A stretch of DNA of 46,524 bases, taken from positions 1 to 46,524 of the forward strand of contig CBDCTA010000023.1 of NCBI GenBank assembly GCA_965221955.1, given 5' to 3'. The number at the start of each line of letters is the position of its first letter. The stretch's first letter is position 1. The notes under the pieces are model-generated. The model searched no databases. It was not told the DNA's origin and was given only the letters and a program-made list of their open reading frames with translations. Origin of the DNA: Gammaproteobacteria bacterium (lineage in GTDB: Bacteria > Pseudomonadota > Gammaproteobacteria > UBA4575). Below are positions 26,151-41,415 of this stretch, piece after piece. The position numbers and the translations under genes were made by a program.

Positions 26151-27644
26151 ATGGAAACTATAGTCAAAACCGCATCGATTGATAAAGAATCTGCTGATTG
26201 CGTCGTAGTAGGCATTTTCAAGCCTAAGCGACTGAGCGAATCCGCTAAAAAATTAGACAAAATTTATCGTGGCAGTATTTCGAATGCATGCCAACGTGGC
26301 ACTGCCAGTGGCGGGCTAGGACAAGTGACCACTTTACACAACACTAGTCGTAGCAAACATCACAGCATCATCATTGTTGGCTGTGGTGATGAAGATCAAT
26401 TCACTGTCAGCGCATACCAGAAAGCGTTGTCTGCTGTGGCAAGTGAAATTAAGCGTAATAAAACCAGCAATATTATTAATTGCCTGATTGAACTACCTGT
26501 GAAAAATGCTGATGTACTCACTAAAGCCCAAGTCAGTGTAACTTCCATTTCGTCTGAGATGTATGTCTACAGCGAAACCAAACCCAAAGCGAAAACTAAA
26601 ACACATTTAAAAAAGCAAAAACTTATCACCAGTAGTCGTAAAGAACTTTCCGATATACGTGATGGCATAGAGATTGGTCAAGCAATCGCGAGCGGGATGA
26701 ATTTGGCAAAAGAACTTGGCAATTTACCTGGAAATATTTGTACCCCTACTTACCTTGCTGAGCAAGCTTTGGCACTGAAAAAAGAGTTTCGCAAATTAAA
26801 AGTTTCTGTACTCGAAGAAACACAAATGAAAAAACTGAGTATGGGTGCCTTGCTTTCCGTTTCTAATGGCAGCGTTGAACCTGCAAAATTAGTTTGTATG
26901 GAGTACACCGGTAGCAATGAGAATGAGCGCCCTATTGTTCTGGTAGGTAAAGGTATTACTTTTGATACAGGAGGCATCTCATTAAAACCTGGGGCTACCA
27001 TGGATGAAATGAAGTTTGATATGTGTGGTGCTGCCAGTGTCATTGGCACTATGAAAACCTGCTGTGAATTAGATCTTCCCTTAAATGTAGTCGGTGTAAT
27101 GGCTTGCGCAGAGAACATGCCAGATGGCAGAGCCACCAAACCGGGTGATGTAGTCACCACCATGTCCGGCCAAACGGTTGAAATTTTAAATACGGATGCT
27201 GAAGGGCGTTTGGTGTTATGTGATGCGCTTACTTATATTGATAAGTATGAACCTGAAGTAGTGATTGATGTTGCGACCCTAACTGGGGCTTGTGTCGTGG
27301 CGTTAGGACAAATTCCTTCAGGTGTAATGAGCAATGATGATACATTAGCTAAAGACCTTATCAAAGCAGGTGAACAAACTGGCGACCGTACTTGGCAACT
27401 ACCGCTATGGGACGAGTATCAGTCACAGCTCGATAGCAACTTTGCAGATATGGCAAACATTGGTGGACGCTGGGGAGGCACGATTACGGCTGCATGTTTT
27501 CTTTCTAGGTTTACGAAAAAATATACCTGGGCACACTTGGATATTGCGGGGGTAGCTTGGCATCAAGGAAAACAAAAAGGTGCGACAGGGCGGCCAGTGC
27601 CACTGTTAACAGAATACTTGATACACCAAGCCTATGAATTTTAA
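26151..27644 (+). CDS. pepA: Leucyl aminopeptidase
   Basis: VGKGITFDTGG, MKFDMCG, NTDAEGRL, WAHLDIAG. Confidence 0.96.
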   Translation: METIVKTASIDKESADCVVVGIFKPKRLSESAKKLDKIYRGSISNACQRGTASGGLGQVTTLHNTSRSKHHSIIIVGCGDEDQFTVSAYQKALSAVASEIKRNKTSNIINCLIELPVKNADVLTKAQVSVTSISSEMYVYSETKPKAKTKTHLKKQKLITSSRKELSDIRDGIEIGQAIASGMNLAKELGNLPGNICTPTYLAEQALALKKEFRKLKVSVLEETQMKKLSMGALLSVSNGSVEPAKLVCMEYTGSNENERPIVLVGKGITFDTGGISLKPGATMDEMKFDMCGAASVIGTMKTCCELDLPLNVVGVMACAENMPDGRATKPGDVVTTMSGQTVEILNTDAEGRLVLCDALTYIDKYEPEVVIDVATLTGACVVALGQIPSGVMSNDDTLAKDLIKAGEQTGDRTWQLPLWDEYQSQLDSNFADMANIGGRWGGTITAACFLSRFTKKYTWAHLDIAGVAWHQGKQKGATGRPVPLLTEYLIHQAYEF

Positions 27645-27656
27645 GTACGGAAGAAT

Positions 27657-28109
27657 ATGACAGAGCCTACACCGCGAATCGATTTTTACGTCAGCAAAGA
27701 CAATGCTCCGCAATTTGCCCTGCGTACCGCATGTCGAATTGCCGAAAAAGCTTTTACAGCTGGGCACCGCATTCATATTCATATGAGCACCGAGGTCGAT
27801 TGTGAAAAATTAGATGCTTTATTATGGACATTTCGAGATCGTAGCTTCATTCCCCATGAAATTTCACCCGTACCCATCACTGACTGTCCGGTCACGATTA
27901 GCGCAGAAAAAAGCCCAGATATGACCTCGGGGCATACTGATATGCTACTTAATGTATCGGATGAAATACCGGAAAATTTCAAGCAATTTCAGAGGATTGC
28001 AGAAATCATCGACAATCAACCCGAATCGCTTCGCGCTGGTCGCGAACGCTATCGCTTTTATCGTGAGAACGGCCTGGACCCCCAACACCATGAAGTATCC
28101 TCTGCTTGA
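27657..28109 (+). CDS. holC: DNA polymerase III chi subunit
   Basis: IDFY, LDALLWTF...SFIPH, GRERYRFYR; pepA-holC-valS order. Confidence 0.93.
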   Translation: MTEPTPRIDFYVSKDNAPQFALRTACRIAEKAFTAGHRIHIHMSTEVDCEKLDALLWTFRDRSFIPHEISPVPITDCPVTISAEKSPDMTSGHTDMLLNVSDEIPENFKQFQRIAEIIDNQPESLRAGRERYRFYRENGLDPQHHEVSSA

Positions 28110-28135
28110 ATTAATCAATAATCTCTCTCGCTTCT

Positions 28136-28528
28136 ATGGATGGAATCAGCGCAAAAAAAGCACCGGTTTTGGATCATTTGGTCGATACGAATAATGCTAT
28201 GACAAGCAAAAATACGACAGCTCAACCACCCCAAAATTTACCCCAAAGCCCCAGCCAAAATCCAACTAAGCCAGTTTTAGCTTCAATGAATGGCGCTTAC
28301 ACACCTAATCCAGCAGTAAAACCTCAGCCGGTTACTCCGCAAGCTGAATTACCTAAAGCTGAGAACACACCTCAAAATCGTCGTACAGATAAGTCAGAAT
28401 TTGAAATTGAGCTCACTAAAACTGTGAATAAGATTATGCTCAAGCATTTTGAAGACGCGAGCGAAGAAATCGTACAACAAGTGCTTAGCGAAGTACGCGC
28501 AAGGCTTCCTGGTCGTAAGAAAAACTAA
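28136..28528 (+). CDS. Hypothetical protein (Pro/Gln-rich)
   Basis: 130-aa ORF between holC and valS, same strand. Confidence 0.65.
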   Translation: MDGISAKKAPVLDHLVDTNNAMTSKNTTAQPPQNLPQSPSQNPTKPVLASMNGAYTPNPAVKPQPVTPQAELPKAENTPQNRRTDKSEFEIELTKTVNKIMLKHFEDASEEIVQQVLSEVRARLPGRKKN

Positions 28529-28691
28529 TCATTTTTTTTGGCCACATCGGCCATTACATTCCTGTATGATTAGCTGAGTTACTCACTCAGTCAGTTTATT
28601 TATTCAACCTTACAACCGTTTCTTACCTCACCGTTTTTTGATTTCTTTTTTAATTTCTTTTTCAATCTCAGGCTTTAACTAACTTCACGTC

Positions 28692-31457
28692 ATGGATAAG
28701 ACCTATCAACCTAAAGATATCGAACAAAAATGGTATCAATTTTGGAAAAACAATAATTACTTCGCCCCCTCAAGTACCAGCAATAATGCTTACTGCATTA
28801 TGATCCCGCCCCCCAACGTGACGGGTACGTTGCATATGGGGCATGCGTTTAATAACACCTTGATGGATTGCCTAACGCGGTATCACCGCATGTGCGGTTT
28901 TAATACTCTATGGCAACCTGGTACCGATCATGCAGGCATCGCAACTCAGATGGTAGTTGAACGACAATTGAATGCAGAGAACATTACCCGTCATGATTTA
29001 GGACGCGAAAAATTTATCGAAAAGGTTTGGCAATGGAAAGAGCATTCGGGCAATACGATTTATAGTCAACTCGAGCGCATGGGTTCATCATTGGATTGGT
29101 CGCGCGAACGCTTCACTATGGATGACGGATTATCCGAAGCAGTTAAACAAGTTTTCGTACGCCTGTATGACGAGGGTTTGATTTACCGTGGCAAACGCTT
29201 GGTGAACTGGGATCCTGAACTTCACACAGCAGTATCCGACTTAGAAGTCGTTTCGGAAGAAGAAAATGGTTACATGTGGAGCATCCGTTATCCTTATGCA
29301 GATGGTAGTGGTCATCTAGCGGTTGAAACCACACGCCCCGAAACCATGCTGGGTGACACCGCTGTAGCCGTTAACCCAGAAGACGAGCGTTATCAAGATA
29401 TTATCGGTAAAACGGTAAAGCTACCGTTAAGTGAACGTGAGATTCCCGTTATTGCTGACGATTATGTTGATCCTGAATTTGGTTCAGGCTGTGTAAAGAT
29501 TACGCCTGCACATGACTTCAATGATTATGAAGTCGGACAACGCCATGGCTTAGAAAAAATTAATATTTTTACTATAGACGCAAAAATTAATGAAAATGCA
29601 CCGAAGCAATATCAAGGTTTAGATCGATTCGAAGCACGTAAAAAAATTGTTGCAGATTTAGAAACACAAGGTTTACTTGCGGAAATAAAAGACCACAAAT
29701 TAATGGTGCCACGTGGAGATCGATCCGGCGTTGTCGTTGAGCCTTATCTAACCGATCAATGGTATGTAAAAATTCAGCCTCTTGCAGACCCTGCAATCAA
29801 AGCGGTTGAGAAAGGCGATATTCAGTTTGTTCCAGAAAATTGGAGCAAAACTTATTTCGAGTGGATGCGCAACATTCAAGATTGGTGTATCAGTCGTCAA
29901 TTGTGGTGGGGTCACCGAATTCCAGCTTGGTATGATAAAGATGGAAATATCTACGTTGCTGAAGATGAAGCTTCTGCTCGAGCGAAATACAAATTAGATA
30001 ATAGTCTTGAACTTAAACAAGATGAAGATGTTTTGGACACTTGGTTTTCATCTGCACTTTGGCCGTTCTCAACACTAGGCTGGCCAGAAGAAACCCCTGA
30101 ACTGGAAGCTTTTTACCCTACATCTGTTTTAATCACTGGCTTCGACATCATTTTCTTCTGGGTCGCACGCATGATCATGATGGGTTTGAAATTTATGGAC
30201 GATGTACCGTTCAAAAAAGTGTACATCCACGGCTTAGTTCGCGATGCCGATGGTCAGAAGATGTCTAAATCTAAAGGCAATGTATTAGACCCCATTGATA
30301 TCATTGATGGCATTGACTTAGAAAGCTTAGTGCAAAAACGCACTACAGGCCTCATGCAACCTGAAATGGCACCAAAAATTGAAAAAGCCACACGTAAACA
30401 ATACCCAGATGGCATAAAAGCATATGGCACGGATGCGTTACGTTTTTCTTTTGCTGCACAAGCCTCAACCGGACGAGATATTAAATTTGATTTAAACCGC
30501 ATCGAGGGTTATCGCAACTTTTGCAATAAATTATGGAATGCCACACGTTTTGTTCTAATGAACACCGAAGGCAAAGAAATTGCCAATGAAATTGACAAAC
30601 AAAAACTCACCCTTGCAGATCGTTGGATACTCAGCAAACAACAAGAAATTATCGACCTGATACATAAACATTTAAAGAATTATCGCTTTGATCTTGCTAC
30701 ACAAGCTTTATATGAATTCTCTTGGCATGAATTCTGTGATTGGTATGTAGAGCTATGCAAACCCACATTATTCAAAGATGATATTGATGAGAACATTAAA
30801 CAAAACTCGCGTAGAGTGTTATTAGAAGTTTTAGAGAATTTATTAAAATTATTACATCCAATCATTCCATTCCTTACTGAAGAGATCTGGCAACCAATCG
30901 CAAAAGAATTACAGCTTTCAGGTGACAGTATTTCTACACAGGCTTTTCCAAGAAGCAATAACGACTACGTTGATGTTGAAAGCTTACAAGACTTAGAATG
31001 GTGCAAAGAATTTATAAACGGAATCCGCAAGATCCGTTCTGAAATGGATATACCTCCCGGCAAACCATTAAATATTTTGCTACAAAATTGGTCCTCACAA
31101 GACCAAAATTATTTTGAAAGTAGCCAACACTATATTTATTCCTTAGCAAAAGTTGAAAACATCGAATGGATAAAAGATGATACTGCACCCGAATCTGCGA
31201 CTGCCTTAGTCGGTGAAATGAAAATTCTTATTCCACTTGCTGGATTAATTGACAAAGAAGCAGAGAGCGCTAGATTGAAAAAAGACATCAGCAAAGATGA
31301 AACCAATTTAGAAAAAACTTTAGCCAGGTTAAATAATCCAAATTTTGCTGATAAAGCTCCAAAAGATGTGGTTGAAAATGTTAGAAAAAGTTCTGAAGAA
31401 CTACAAATCAAAATAAAACAACTTAAAGAGCAATTAGAAAAAATTTCCAACCTCTAG
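28692..31457 (+). CDS. valS: Valine--tRNA ligase
   Basis: [31 protein letters not shown]-terminal coiled coil. Confidence 0.98.
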   Translation: MDKTYQPKDIEQKWYQFWKNNNYFAPSSTSNNAYCIMIPPPNVTGTLHMGHAFNNTLMDCLTRYHRMCGFNTLWQPGTDHAGIATQMVVERQLNAENITRHDLGREKFIEKVWQWKEHSGNTIYSQLERMGSSLDWSRERFTMDDGLSEAVKQVFVRLYDEGLIYRGKRLVNWDPELHTAVSDLEVVSEEENGYMWSIRYPYADGSGHLAVETTRPETMLGDTAVAVNPEDERYQDIIGKTVKLPLSEREIPVIADDYVDPEFGSGCVKITPAHDFNDYEVGQRHGLEKINIFTIDAKINENAPKQYQGLDRFEARKKIVADLETQGLLAEIKDHKLMVPRGDRSGVVVEPYLTDQWYVKIQPLADPAIKAVEKGDIQFVPENWSKTYFEWMRNIQDWCISRQLWWGHRIPAWYDKDGNIYVAEDEASARAKYKLDNSLELKQDEDVLDTWFSSALWPFSTLGWPEETPELEAFYPTSVLITGFDIIFFWVARMIMMGLKFMDDVPFKKVYIHGLVRDADGQKMSKSKGNVLDPIDIIDGIDLESLVQKRTTGLMQPEMAPKIEKATRKQYPDGIKAYGTDALRFSFAAQASTGRDIKFDLNRIEGYRNFCNKLWNATRFVLMNTEGKEIANEIDKQKLTLADRWILSKQQEIIDLIHKHLKNYRFDLATQALYEFSWHEFCDWYVELCKPTLFKDDIDENIKQNSRRVLLEVLENLLKLLHPIIPFLTEEIWQPIAKELQLSGDSISTQAFPRSNNDYVDVESLQDLEWCKEFINGIRKIRSEMDIPPGKPLNILLQNWSSQDQNYFESSQHYIYSLAKVENIEWIKDDTAPESATALVGEMKILIPLAGLIDKEAESARLKKDISKDETNLEKTLARLNNPNFADKAPKDVVENVRKSSEELQIKIKQLKEQLEKISNL

Positions 31458-31547
31458 CCTACTTTTTAGGCCCAATCTCAGGGCTGATTTAGCCAACCTT
31501 TAACATAACCTAAGGAATTACTCGAAACGGAGTTTTTAGAAAACGAT

Positions 31548-32054
31548 ATGAATGATGAAGTAAATCAAGAAAAAAGATTATTTATGACACGTTTAATGAC
31601 ACCTGATATGGCTAACTTTGCTGGCAATGTTCACGGCGGAACTATATTAAAATTATTAGATGAGGCAGCTTTTTCATGTGCTTCTCGATATTGCAAAACT
31701 TATGTAATGACAGCTGCCCTTGATAATGTGATGTTTAAAACACCTATCAGAGTTGGGGATCTTGTTATATTTAAGTGCAATGTGAACTATGTTGGGCGCA
31801 GCTCAATGGAAGTAGGTATACGAGTAGAAGGCGAAAAAATCAGAGAAAAACTAAAATATCATGCCATCTCTTGTTATTTCACAATGATATCTGTAAACGA
31901 AGACGGTGTTCCTCAAGCTGTTCCAGAATTACAGATTGAGTCTGAAACTGAAGAAAAACTATTTGAAGCTGGAAAGATGCGTCGCGAAATGCGTAAAGAA
32001 ATAAATGAAAGAAACCTTCAGCTTCACGTTGGCCTTGACACTACTGTTTCTTAG
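31548..32054 (+). CDS. Acyl-CoA thioesterase (hotdog fold, YciA-like)
   Basis: P..ANFAGNVHGGTILKLLD, VNYVGRSSMEVG. Confidence 0.9.
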   Translation: MNDEVNQEKRLFMTRLMTPDMANFAGNVHGGTILKLLDEAAFSCASRYCKTYVMTAALDNVMFKTPIRVGDLVIFKCNVNYVGRSSMEVGIRVEGEKIREKLKYHAISCYFTMISVNEDGVPQAVPELQIESETEEKLFEAGKMRREMRKEINERNLQLHVGLDTTVS

Positions 32055-32375
32055 TCAGCTCCGTTTCACTTCTGAACCACAGTTCCAGCATATATTAAAA
32101 TAGCCTTGAATATTTTCTCCGCATTTCTCACATATCCAATCTTGAGGATTAGATTTTATCGAGCTTAAAAATTCATCAACAATTTTCTTAGCAGGTACCT
32201 TGTCTTCTTGATTAACCAACCAAAGCTCGGGCCATACTTCAGTCGGTGGAAGTTCTCCGACCCCACCGGAGAGAAATTCGTTTTTGATGATAGATTGAAT
32301 GCCTTTTTCTTCTAGCAGATCTTTAATCTGATGTATAAAGATAGGACTTGGCTCACTATAGATACGCTTCATCAA
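32055..32375 (-). CDS. DUF2007-like protein with C-terminal Zn ribbon
   Basis: LLEEKGI...IKNE, GELP...WPELW, WICEKCGE...F.ICWNCG. Confidence 0.8.
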   Translation of the reverse strand: MMKRIYSEPSPIFIHQIKDLLEEKGIQSIIKNEFLSGGVGELPPTEVWPELWLVNQEDKVPAKKIVDEFLSSIKSNPQDWICEKCGENIQGYFNICWNCGSEVKRS

Positions 32376-32407
32376 CGCATTATAACAAACACCTTAGTTT
32401 AATTGGT

Positions 32408-32764
32408 TTAACGTAATTTTAATGTGTAACTTGCTTTGCTTTCGCCTGTTTTAGAACAAACCGCGACAATCGTTACTTCGCCCACCTCACTAGGTACACT
32501 TAAACCCAATAAAGTACGAGTGAAAGGTTGTTCATCAACATGCGGATGATAAAGCACACGCTTACCAATTAATTTTCCATCAGGTGAATAAATATGCCAT
32601 GCATTGGCATAATGATCCCAACCTTCATCGACATGTTCTACGGTAACGGAAATATTAAATTTTTGCGCTGGAGTAAGCTCAGCAGATGCTTTAATAATTT
32701 TTGCCTCACTAGCAAAAGCTATTACAGAAAAAAATGTTATTAAAATGAATACAAAAATTTTCAT
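32408..32764 (-). CDS. Secreted hypothetical protein
   Basis: Signal peptide; VTVEH.DEGWDHYAN.W, RVL.HPHVDEQPFTR. Confidence 0.8.
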   Translation of the reverse strand: MKIFVFILITFFSVIAFASEAKIIKASAELTPAQKFNISVTVEHVDEGWDHYANAWHIYSPDGKLIGKRVLYHPHVDEQPFTRTLLGLSVPSEVGEVTIVAVCSKTGESKASYTLKLR

Positions 32765-32790
32765 AAATACTTTCCAATCTTTCAGATCAT

Positions 32791-33214
32791 TTATTCTTTA
32801 GCAAAAACTTGACCCATGTCTTTAAAAGACTTGAATTCTAGATAATTATTGCTTGGATCTTGAATAAACATCGTAGCTTGTTCGCCGACCTGGCCTTTAA
32901 AGCGGATACATGGCTCAATGTGAAATTTGACATGTTCGCGCTTTAAACGTTCCGCTAAATGCTCCCACTCCCCCCAATTCAACACCGATTCCAAAGTGCC
33001 TAACCGGAACATCATGTTCATCAACTGGATTCGATGGCGTAAACATATCATCATGGTCATATAAATGCGCACTGATCTGATGCCCATGAAAATTGAAATC
33101 GATCCAACGTGTATCCTCACGCCCAACCGTACAACCTAATGTCTCAACATAAAATTCACGCGTTTTCTCGATGTCATACACTGGAAATGCTAAGTGAAAA
33201 ATAGCGGTAGCCAT
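32791..33214 (-). CDS. VOC/glyoxalase family protein, split by a +1 frameshift near 32985
   Basis: FHLAFPV..., [17 protein letters not shown] joins VLNWGEW...[19 protein letters not shown] in the adjacent frame. Confidence 0.82.
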
Positions 33215-33216
33215 AA

Positions 33217-33909
33217 TTAAAATACCATTTTATTTTTTGGTTTTTCTGCAACATCATCCCGCAAATAAACAGGTAACGCTTCTACAGCAGAAACACTTTC
33301 ACCTTGTTGAAAATACACTTTAGCTAGTTTAGCTACATACTCAGCTTGCGGATATTTTTCAGCATCGTATGAAACCGGATTGCCTAAAACATTTTGCAGA
33401 ATTTCAGCATAGGTTCTCCAACCAGAACCTACGCCATAACAGTGATCACTTACCTTTACATCTATTAAACTAGGCGCAAGCACTTTTTCCTTGCCTGTTA
33501 GTTGCATCATTTCATTTGCATTAACTTGATATAAACCATAGTAAATTTCTTGCATACGTGCATCGATACAGGCAAAAACTTTTACCACTTGTTTTTCTTC
33601 ATAAGCAGCTTGTGCTAATGCAGCTAAAGATGAAACTGGTACTACAGGAAGATCCTGACCCATGGCTATGCCTTGTGTCACACTTGCGGCTAAACGTACA
33701 CCGGTAAAGGCACCTGGCCCTCGACCAAAAGCAATAGTATCTAATTGATTAAGATTGATTTCAGCTTGCGCTAATACTTGTTCACACATGCCTAAAATGA
33801 GTTCATTATGCTGGCGAGGGGCAAGCTCGCTTAGACTAAAGATTTCGTTATCTAACAATATCGCCACAGAGCAAGATTCTGTTGCTGTTTCAATGGCTAA
33901 CAATTTCAT
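33217..33909 (-). CDS. tsaB: tRNA threonylcarbamoyladenosine biosynthesis protein TsaB
   Basis: [46 protein letters not shown]. Confidence 0.94.
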   Translation of the reverse strand: MKLLAIETATESCSVAILLDNEIFSLSELAPRQHNELILGMCEQVLAQAEINLNQLDTIAFGRGPGAFTGVRLAASVTQGIAMGQDLPVVPVSSLAALAQAAYEEKQVVKVFACIDARMQEIYYGLYQVNANEMMQLTGKEKVLAPSLIDVKVSDHCYGVGSGWRTYAEILQNVLGNPVSYDAEKYPQAEYVAKLAKVYFQQGESVSAVEALPVYLRDDVAEKPKNKMVF

Positions 33910-35869
33910 TGTCTGGCTCACGCAATTGAAGAAACTGTATTGCATCGTCTAAGTTAGAAGTCAGAAGCATATTGGGCAAGCTATTAATAAAGGTCTTGCC
34001 ATACGGTTTACTTAGCATTCTTGGATCACAAATCACCACTACGCCGTAATCTTCTTCGTCTCTAATTAAACGCCCCACACCCTGTTTAAGTGAAATAACG
34101 GCCTGCGGTAGCTGATATTTCATAAATGGGTTCTCTCCCGTTTGCCTTAGCGCTTGCAGACGGCCGCTTAGCACTGGATCATCTGGTGCAGCGAAAGGTA
34201 ATTTATCAATTACTACACAACTTAACGCATCCCCACGAATATCTACACCCTCCCAAAAGCTACTGGTTCCAAGCAATACAGCATGATCGGTCTTAGAAAA
34301 TGCAGAAAGTAATTCTCTACGCGGCGCTTCACCTTGTACGAGTAAATTGAATTCATCATGGTCAACTAAATAGTTTGCTGCGATGCGTAAAGCGCGGTGA
34401 CTAGTAAACAATAAAAAAGTACGCCCCTGATTGATTTCCAAAATAGGCAAAACTGCATCAATCACTTTATTGGTAAAACTGCGATCATTAGGTTCTACAC
34501 CAAGTGCAGGCAAATACAAACGCGTATTATTTTGGTAATCATAAGGACTATCCAACATCAACGTTTCGGCCTCTATTAAGCCTAACTGTTGCTGAAAATG
34601 GTCAAATTTAGAATTTACAGTTAACGTCGCCGAAGTGAACACCCAACTACATTTATACTGCTGCATAAATTCTTGAAATGAATCTGCTACAACTAAAGGC
34701 GTACTATGTAATTTAAAGCCGCGCTCAAAAGACTCTAACCAGTTTATACGCTCATCATTTCCTTCCGAAATCAAATACAGTCCTTGCTCAATACGTTCAC
34801 AACGCTCTACGCACTTCGCCATTGTTTTACCGCGGTCACTTAAAGGAGCAATCACCTCGTAACAGTCATGCGTAGCTTTACACAGTTCTTCAAATTGATC
34901 TTCAATTTTTGAGACAGAGATCATTTCAAACCATGGAAATCTTCCAATTTTACCTGCGAGTGCAAGTAGGAAATCTGCAGCAGCTTTCTTCAGCACTTCA
35001 ACTGCTGGCTGTACTTCTTTTATCTCTGGAGCTTCTTCTAGTTGCGCGGCAATTGCATCTTCCGCTAAATCATTTATTTGTCGACTACTAATTGAATTAG
35101 CTAAGAACGTACTTGCAAGCTCAGGCAATTGATGCGCCTCATCAAAAATCACCGCATTGGCACTCGGCAGCAATTCACCAAAGCCTTCCATCTTCAATGC
35201 TAAATCAGCAAAGAATAAATGGTGGTTAATAATCACCACATCGGCTTGTTGCGCTTTTTGTCTCGCTTTAATTACATGACATTTTTCATAGCTAGGGCAT
35301 TCCGACCCTAAACAATTATCGATCGTAGAAGTAACACTCGGCCAAACCGAATCGTTTTCATTAATTGCTGTAACTTCAGCAATTTCGCCCGTTTTTGTGA
35401 AATGTGACCATTCCTTAATGATATTTATTTTCTTAGCGAGTTGCCGGTTATGCATTTGTACAGTAGGCGCATGGTGCTCTAAACGATGTAAGCAAAGATA
35501 GTTTGTACGCCCCTTCAATAAAGCGGTTTTAACTGGCAACTTAAGAAAATCAAGAATGGTTGGCAGATCTTTAAAATAAAGCTGATCTTGCAGATGCTTG
35601 GTGCCGGTTGAGATGACTACTTTTTGTTTTGAAAGCAATGCAGGAATTAAGTACGCAAAAGTTTTCCCAACCCCAGTACCTGCCTCAACAATTAATTGAC
35701 TGTAGTCTACTAAAGCAGATTCAACCGCCTGACTCATTGCCAGCTGTTGAGGACGATAACGAAAGTTTTCTAGATATTCTGAAAGTAAGCCTGACTCGCT
35801 AAAAATACTTTCGCTAGCAGCTTTTGGCGCTGAAAGTTCAACAACATCTATATCTTCATCTAACAACAT
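33890..35869 (-). CDS. yoaA: DinG/YoaA-family Fe-S DNA helicase
   Basis: EAGTGVGKT, LKGRTNYLC, IFDEAH, SFWEGVD, KLPFAAPDDP, QGVGRLIR; adjacent to tsaB. Confidence 0.88.
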   Translation of the reverse strand: MLLDEDIDVVELSAPKAASESIFSESGLLSEYLENFRYRPQQLAMSQAVESALVDYSQLIVEAGTGVGKTFAYLIPALLSKQKVVISTGTKHLQDQLYFKDLPTILDFLKLPVKTALLKGRTNYLCLHRLEHHAPTVQMHNRQLAKKINIIKEWSHFTKTGEIAEVTAINENDSVWPSVTSTIDNCLGSECPSYEKCHVIKARQKAQQADVVIINHHLFFADLALKMEGFGELLPSANAVIFDEAHQLPELASTFLANSISSRQINDLAEDAIAAQLEEAPEIKEVQPAVEVLKKAAADFLLALAGKIGRFPWFEMISVSKIEDQFEELCKATHDCYEVIAPLSDRGKTMAKCVERCERIEQGLYLISEGNDERINWLESFERGFKLHSTPLVVADSFQEFMQQYKCSWVFTSATLTVNSKFDHFQQQLGLIEAETLMLDSPYDYQNNTRLYLPALGVEPNDRSFTNKVIDAVLPILEINQGRTFLLFTSHRALRIAANYLVDHDEFNLLVQGEAPRRELLSAFSKTDHAVLLGTSSFWEGVDIRGDALSCVVIDKLPFAAPDDPVLSGRLQALRQTGENPFMKYQLPQAVISLKQGVGRLIRDEEDYGVVVICDPRMLSKPYGKTFINSLPNMLLTSNLDDAIQFLQLREPDNEIVSH

Positions 35870-35880
35870 TAAATAACTTT

Positions 35881-36354
35881 TTATAGCAAGGTCACCACAA
35901 CATAAGCCGCAATTCCTTCGCCTCGACCGATAAAACCCATTCCTTCATTCGTGGTTGCTTTGATATTTATATTTTCTAAAGAAGCTTTTACTAGCTGACT
36001 TATATTTTTTTGCATGAATGGAATATGAAGAGCTAGTTTTGGTTTTTCCAAAATAACAGTGCTATCGACATTTCCTACTTTATAATTTTTTTCGTCAAGT
36101 TTTTGTATGGCACTTTTTACTAATGTGCTGCTATCGATATTTTTATATTTTGGATCATTATCTGGGAAGTGTTTACCTATGTCTCCTAATGCAGCAGCAC
36201 CCAACAATGCATCACACAAGGCATGTAACAACACATCTCCATCAGAATGTGCATCTATAGCTTTTTCATGAGGGATTTTTTCTGCCCCTAGAACGATATA
36301 TTCACCTTTTTTAAAGCGATGAGAATCGTAACCAAAACCTACTCTAATCGTCAT
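35881..36354 (-). CDS. ispF: 2-C-methyl-D-erythritol 2,4-cyclodiphosphate synthase
   Basis: RVGFGYDSH, HSDGDVLLHALCDALLGA, GDIGKHFPD, KATTNE. Confidence 0.96.
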   Translation of the reverse strand: MTIRVGFGYDSHRFKKGEYIVLGAEKIPHEKAIDAHSDGDVLLHALCDALLGAAALGDIGKHFPDNDPKYKNIDSSTLVKSAIQKLDEKNYKVGNVDSTVILEKPKLALHIPFMQKNISQLVKASLENINIKATTNEGMGFIGRGEGIAAYVVVTLL

Positions 36355-37073
36355 TGCATTATCTTTTTTAATATCGTTTCAGCAATTTTTAAGTCATCTT
36401 GATGAGTGATTTTAATATTATCAGCGTGTCCTTGTATGAGTTTTACTCGCAACCCCAGCGCTTCTATCGCTGAAGCATCGTCAGTAATAGGTATATTACG
36501 TTCAAAGCAATGACTTAACGCTTGTTTTAACAGCTTTAGGCGAAACATTTGCGGGGTAAATGCTCTCCATACGCTATCACGATCTACTGTTTTACTTATT
36601 GTGTGACTGGATTGTGTTTGCTGATCAGCTAATTTTAAAGTGTCACTAACGGGTGATGCGAGAATCCCTCCAACTTCATCATCTTTTAATTGAGTCATAA
36701 GCAAATCCAAATCACTGCATCTCAAACAAGGTCGAGCTGCATCATGCACTAAGACAAAATCATTTTCTTTAGCAGAGGTGTTTTCTAAATATTCCACTGC
36801 ATTTTCTACCGACTTCGCTCTTGATCCACCACCTACTACAGTATGAATTTTCTCGTTTCTTGTAATGCCTAGCGTATTCCAGTGTTGGTCATCTGCATTC
36901 AGCGCCACAATGACACCGCTGATATCAGGATGATTTAAAAAACAATGTAAAGAAGCTTCAATCACGGTGGTATTGCTGATGGGCAGATATTGTTTGGGTT
37001 CATCAGATTTCATGCGCCGACTTGTTCCAGCAGCAGGAATGATAGTCCAGTATCGCAAGGAAGCGCCCATCAC
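36351..37073 (-). CDS. ispD: 2-C-methyl-D-erythritol 4-phosphate cytidylyltransferase
   Basis: IPAAGTSRRM..PKQY, LVHDAARP, TDDASA, NIKIT. Confidence 0.95.
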   Translation of the reverse strand: MMGASLRYWTIIPAAGTSRRMKSDEPKQYLPISNTTVIEASLHCFLNHPDISGVIVALNADDQHWNTLGITRNEKIHTVVGGGSRAKSVENAVEYLENTSAKENDFVLVHDAARPCLRCSDLDLLMTQLKDDEVGGILASPVSDTLKLADQQTQSSHTISKTVDRDSVWRAFTPQMFRLKLLKQALSHCFERNIPITDDASAIEALGLRVKLIQGHADNIKITHQDDLKIAETILKKIMQ

Positions 37074-37366
37074 TGGGCTGCAATATCTTTCGAGTCGCCT
37101 TCTACAATATGAATAAAGGTCTCATCTTTTTTGATCATGCCTAATTCACTTCTAGCACGTTCCTCAATCGCCTCAAGACCCGTTTTTAGATCTTCAACCT
37201 CTGCTGCCAGTACGGCATTGCGCTGCCTCACTTGCTCGTTTTTAGAGCGCTGTTCTGTTATTGACTGCTTCAAATTCATAACATCTCGCACGCTTGCATC
37301 ACCAAACCACAGTTTGTATTGCATTAACAGCAAAAGAACACTCAAAATGACAATAATGACCTTCAC
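37070..37366 (-). CDS. ftsB: Cell division protein FtsB
   Basis: TM + QYKLWFG, coiled coil, AIEERARSELGMIK.DE; eno-ftsB-ispD order. Confidence 0.93.
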   Translation of the reverse strand: MKVIIVILSVLLLLMQYKLWFGDASVRDVMNLKQSITEQRSKNEQVRQRNAVLAAEVEDLKTGLEAIEERARSELGMIKKDETFIHIVEGDSKDIAAQ

Positions 37367-37375
37367 AAATAATAC

Positions 37376-41254
<3,879 letters not shown>

Positions 41255-41415
41255 TTAGCCCTCGCAAACACTGACCTTATACACCAAAACAAACGAGCGA
41301 TTAGTGCAAAAAGATGAGTAGAGAATGTATTCAAGACGGGAGAAAAGCGTATCATAATGAAGCGCTTAACCACAATCGGCCTATAGAAATAGTCAAAATA
41401 AAAGGGTTTCACGGG

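Noticed and set aside
28529-28691. T-box or ncRNA upstream of valS
   Set aside because: Only a short hairpin (ctgagt..actcag) and T-rich sequence; no T-box motif, and none is expected in Gammaproteobacteria.
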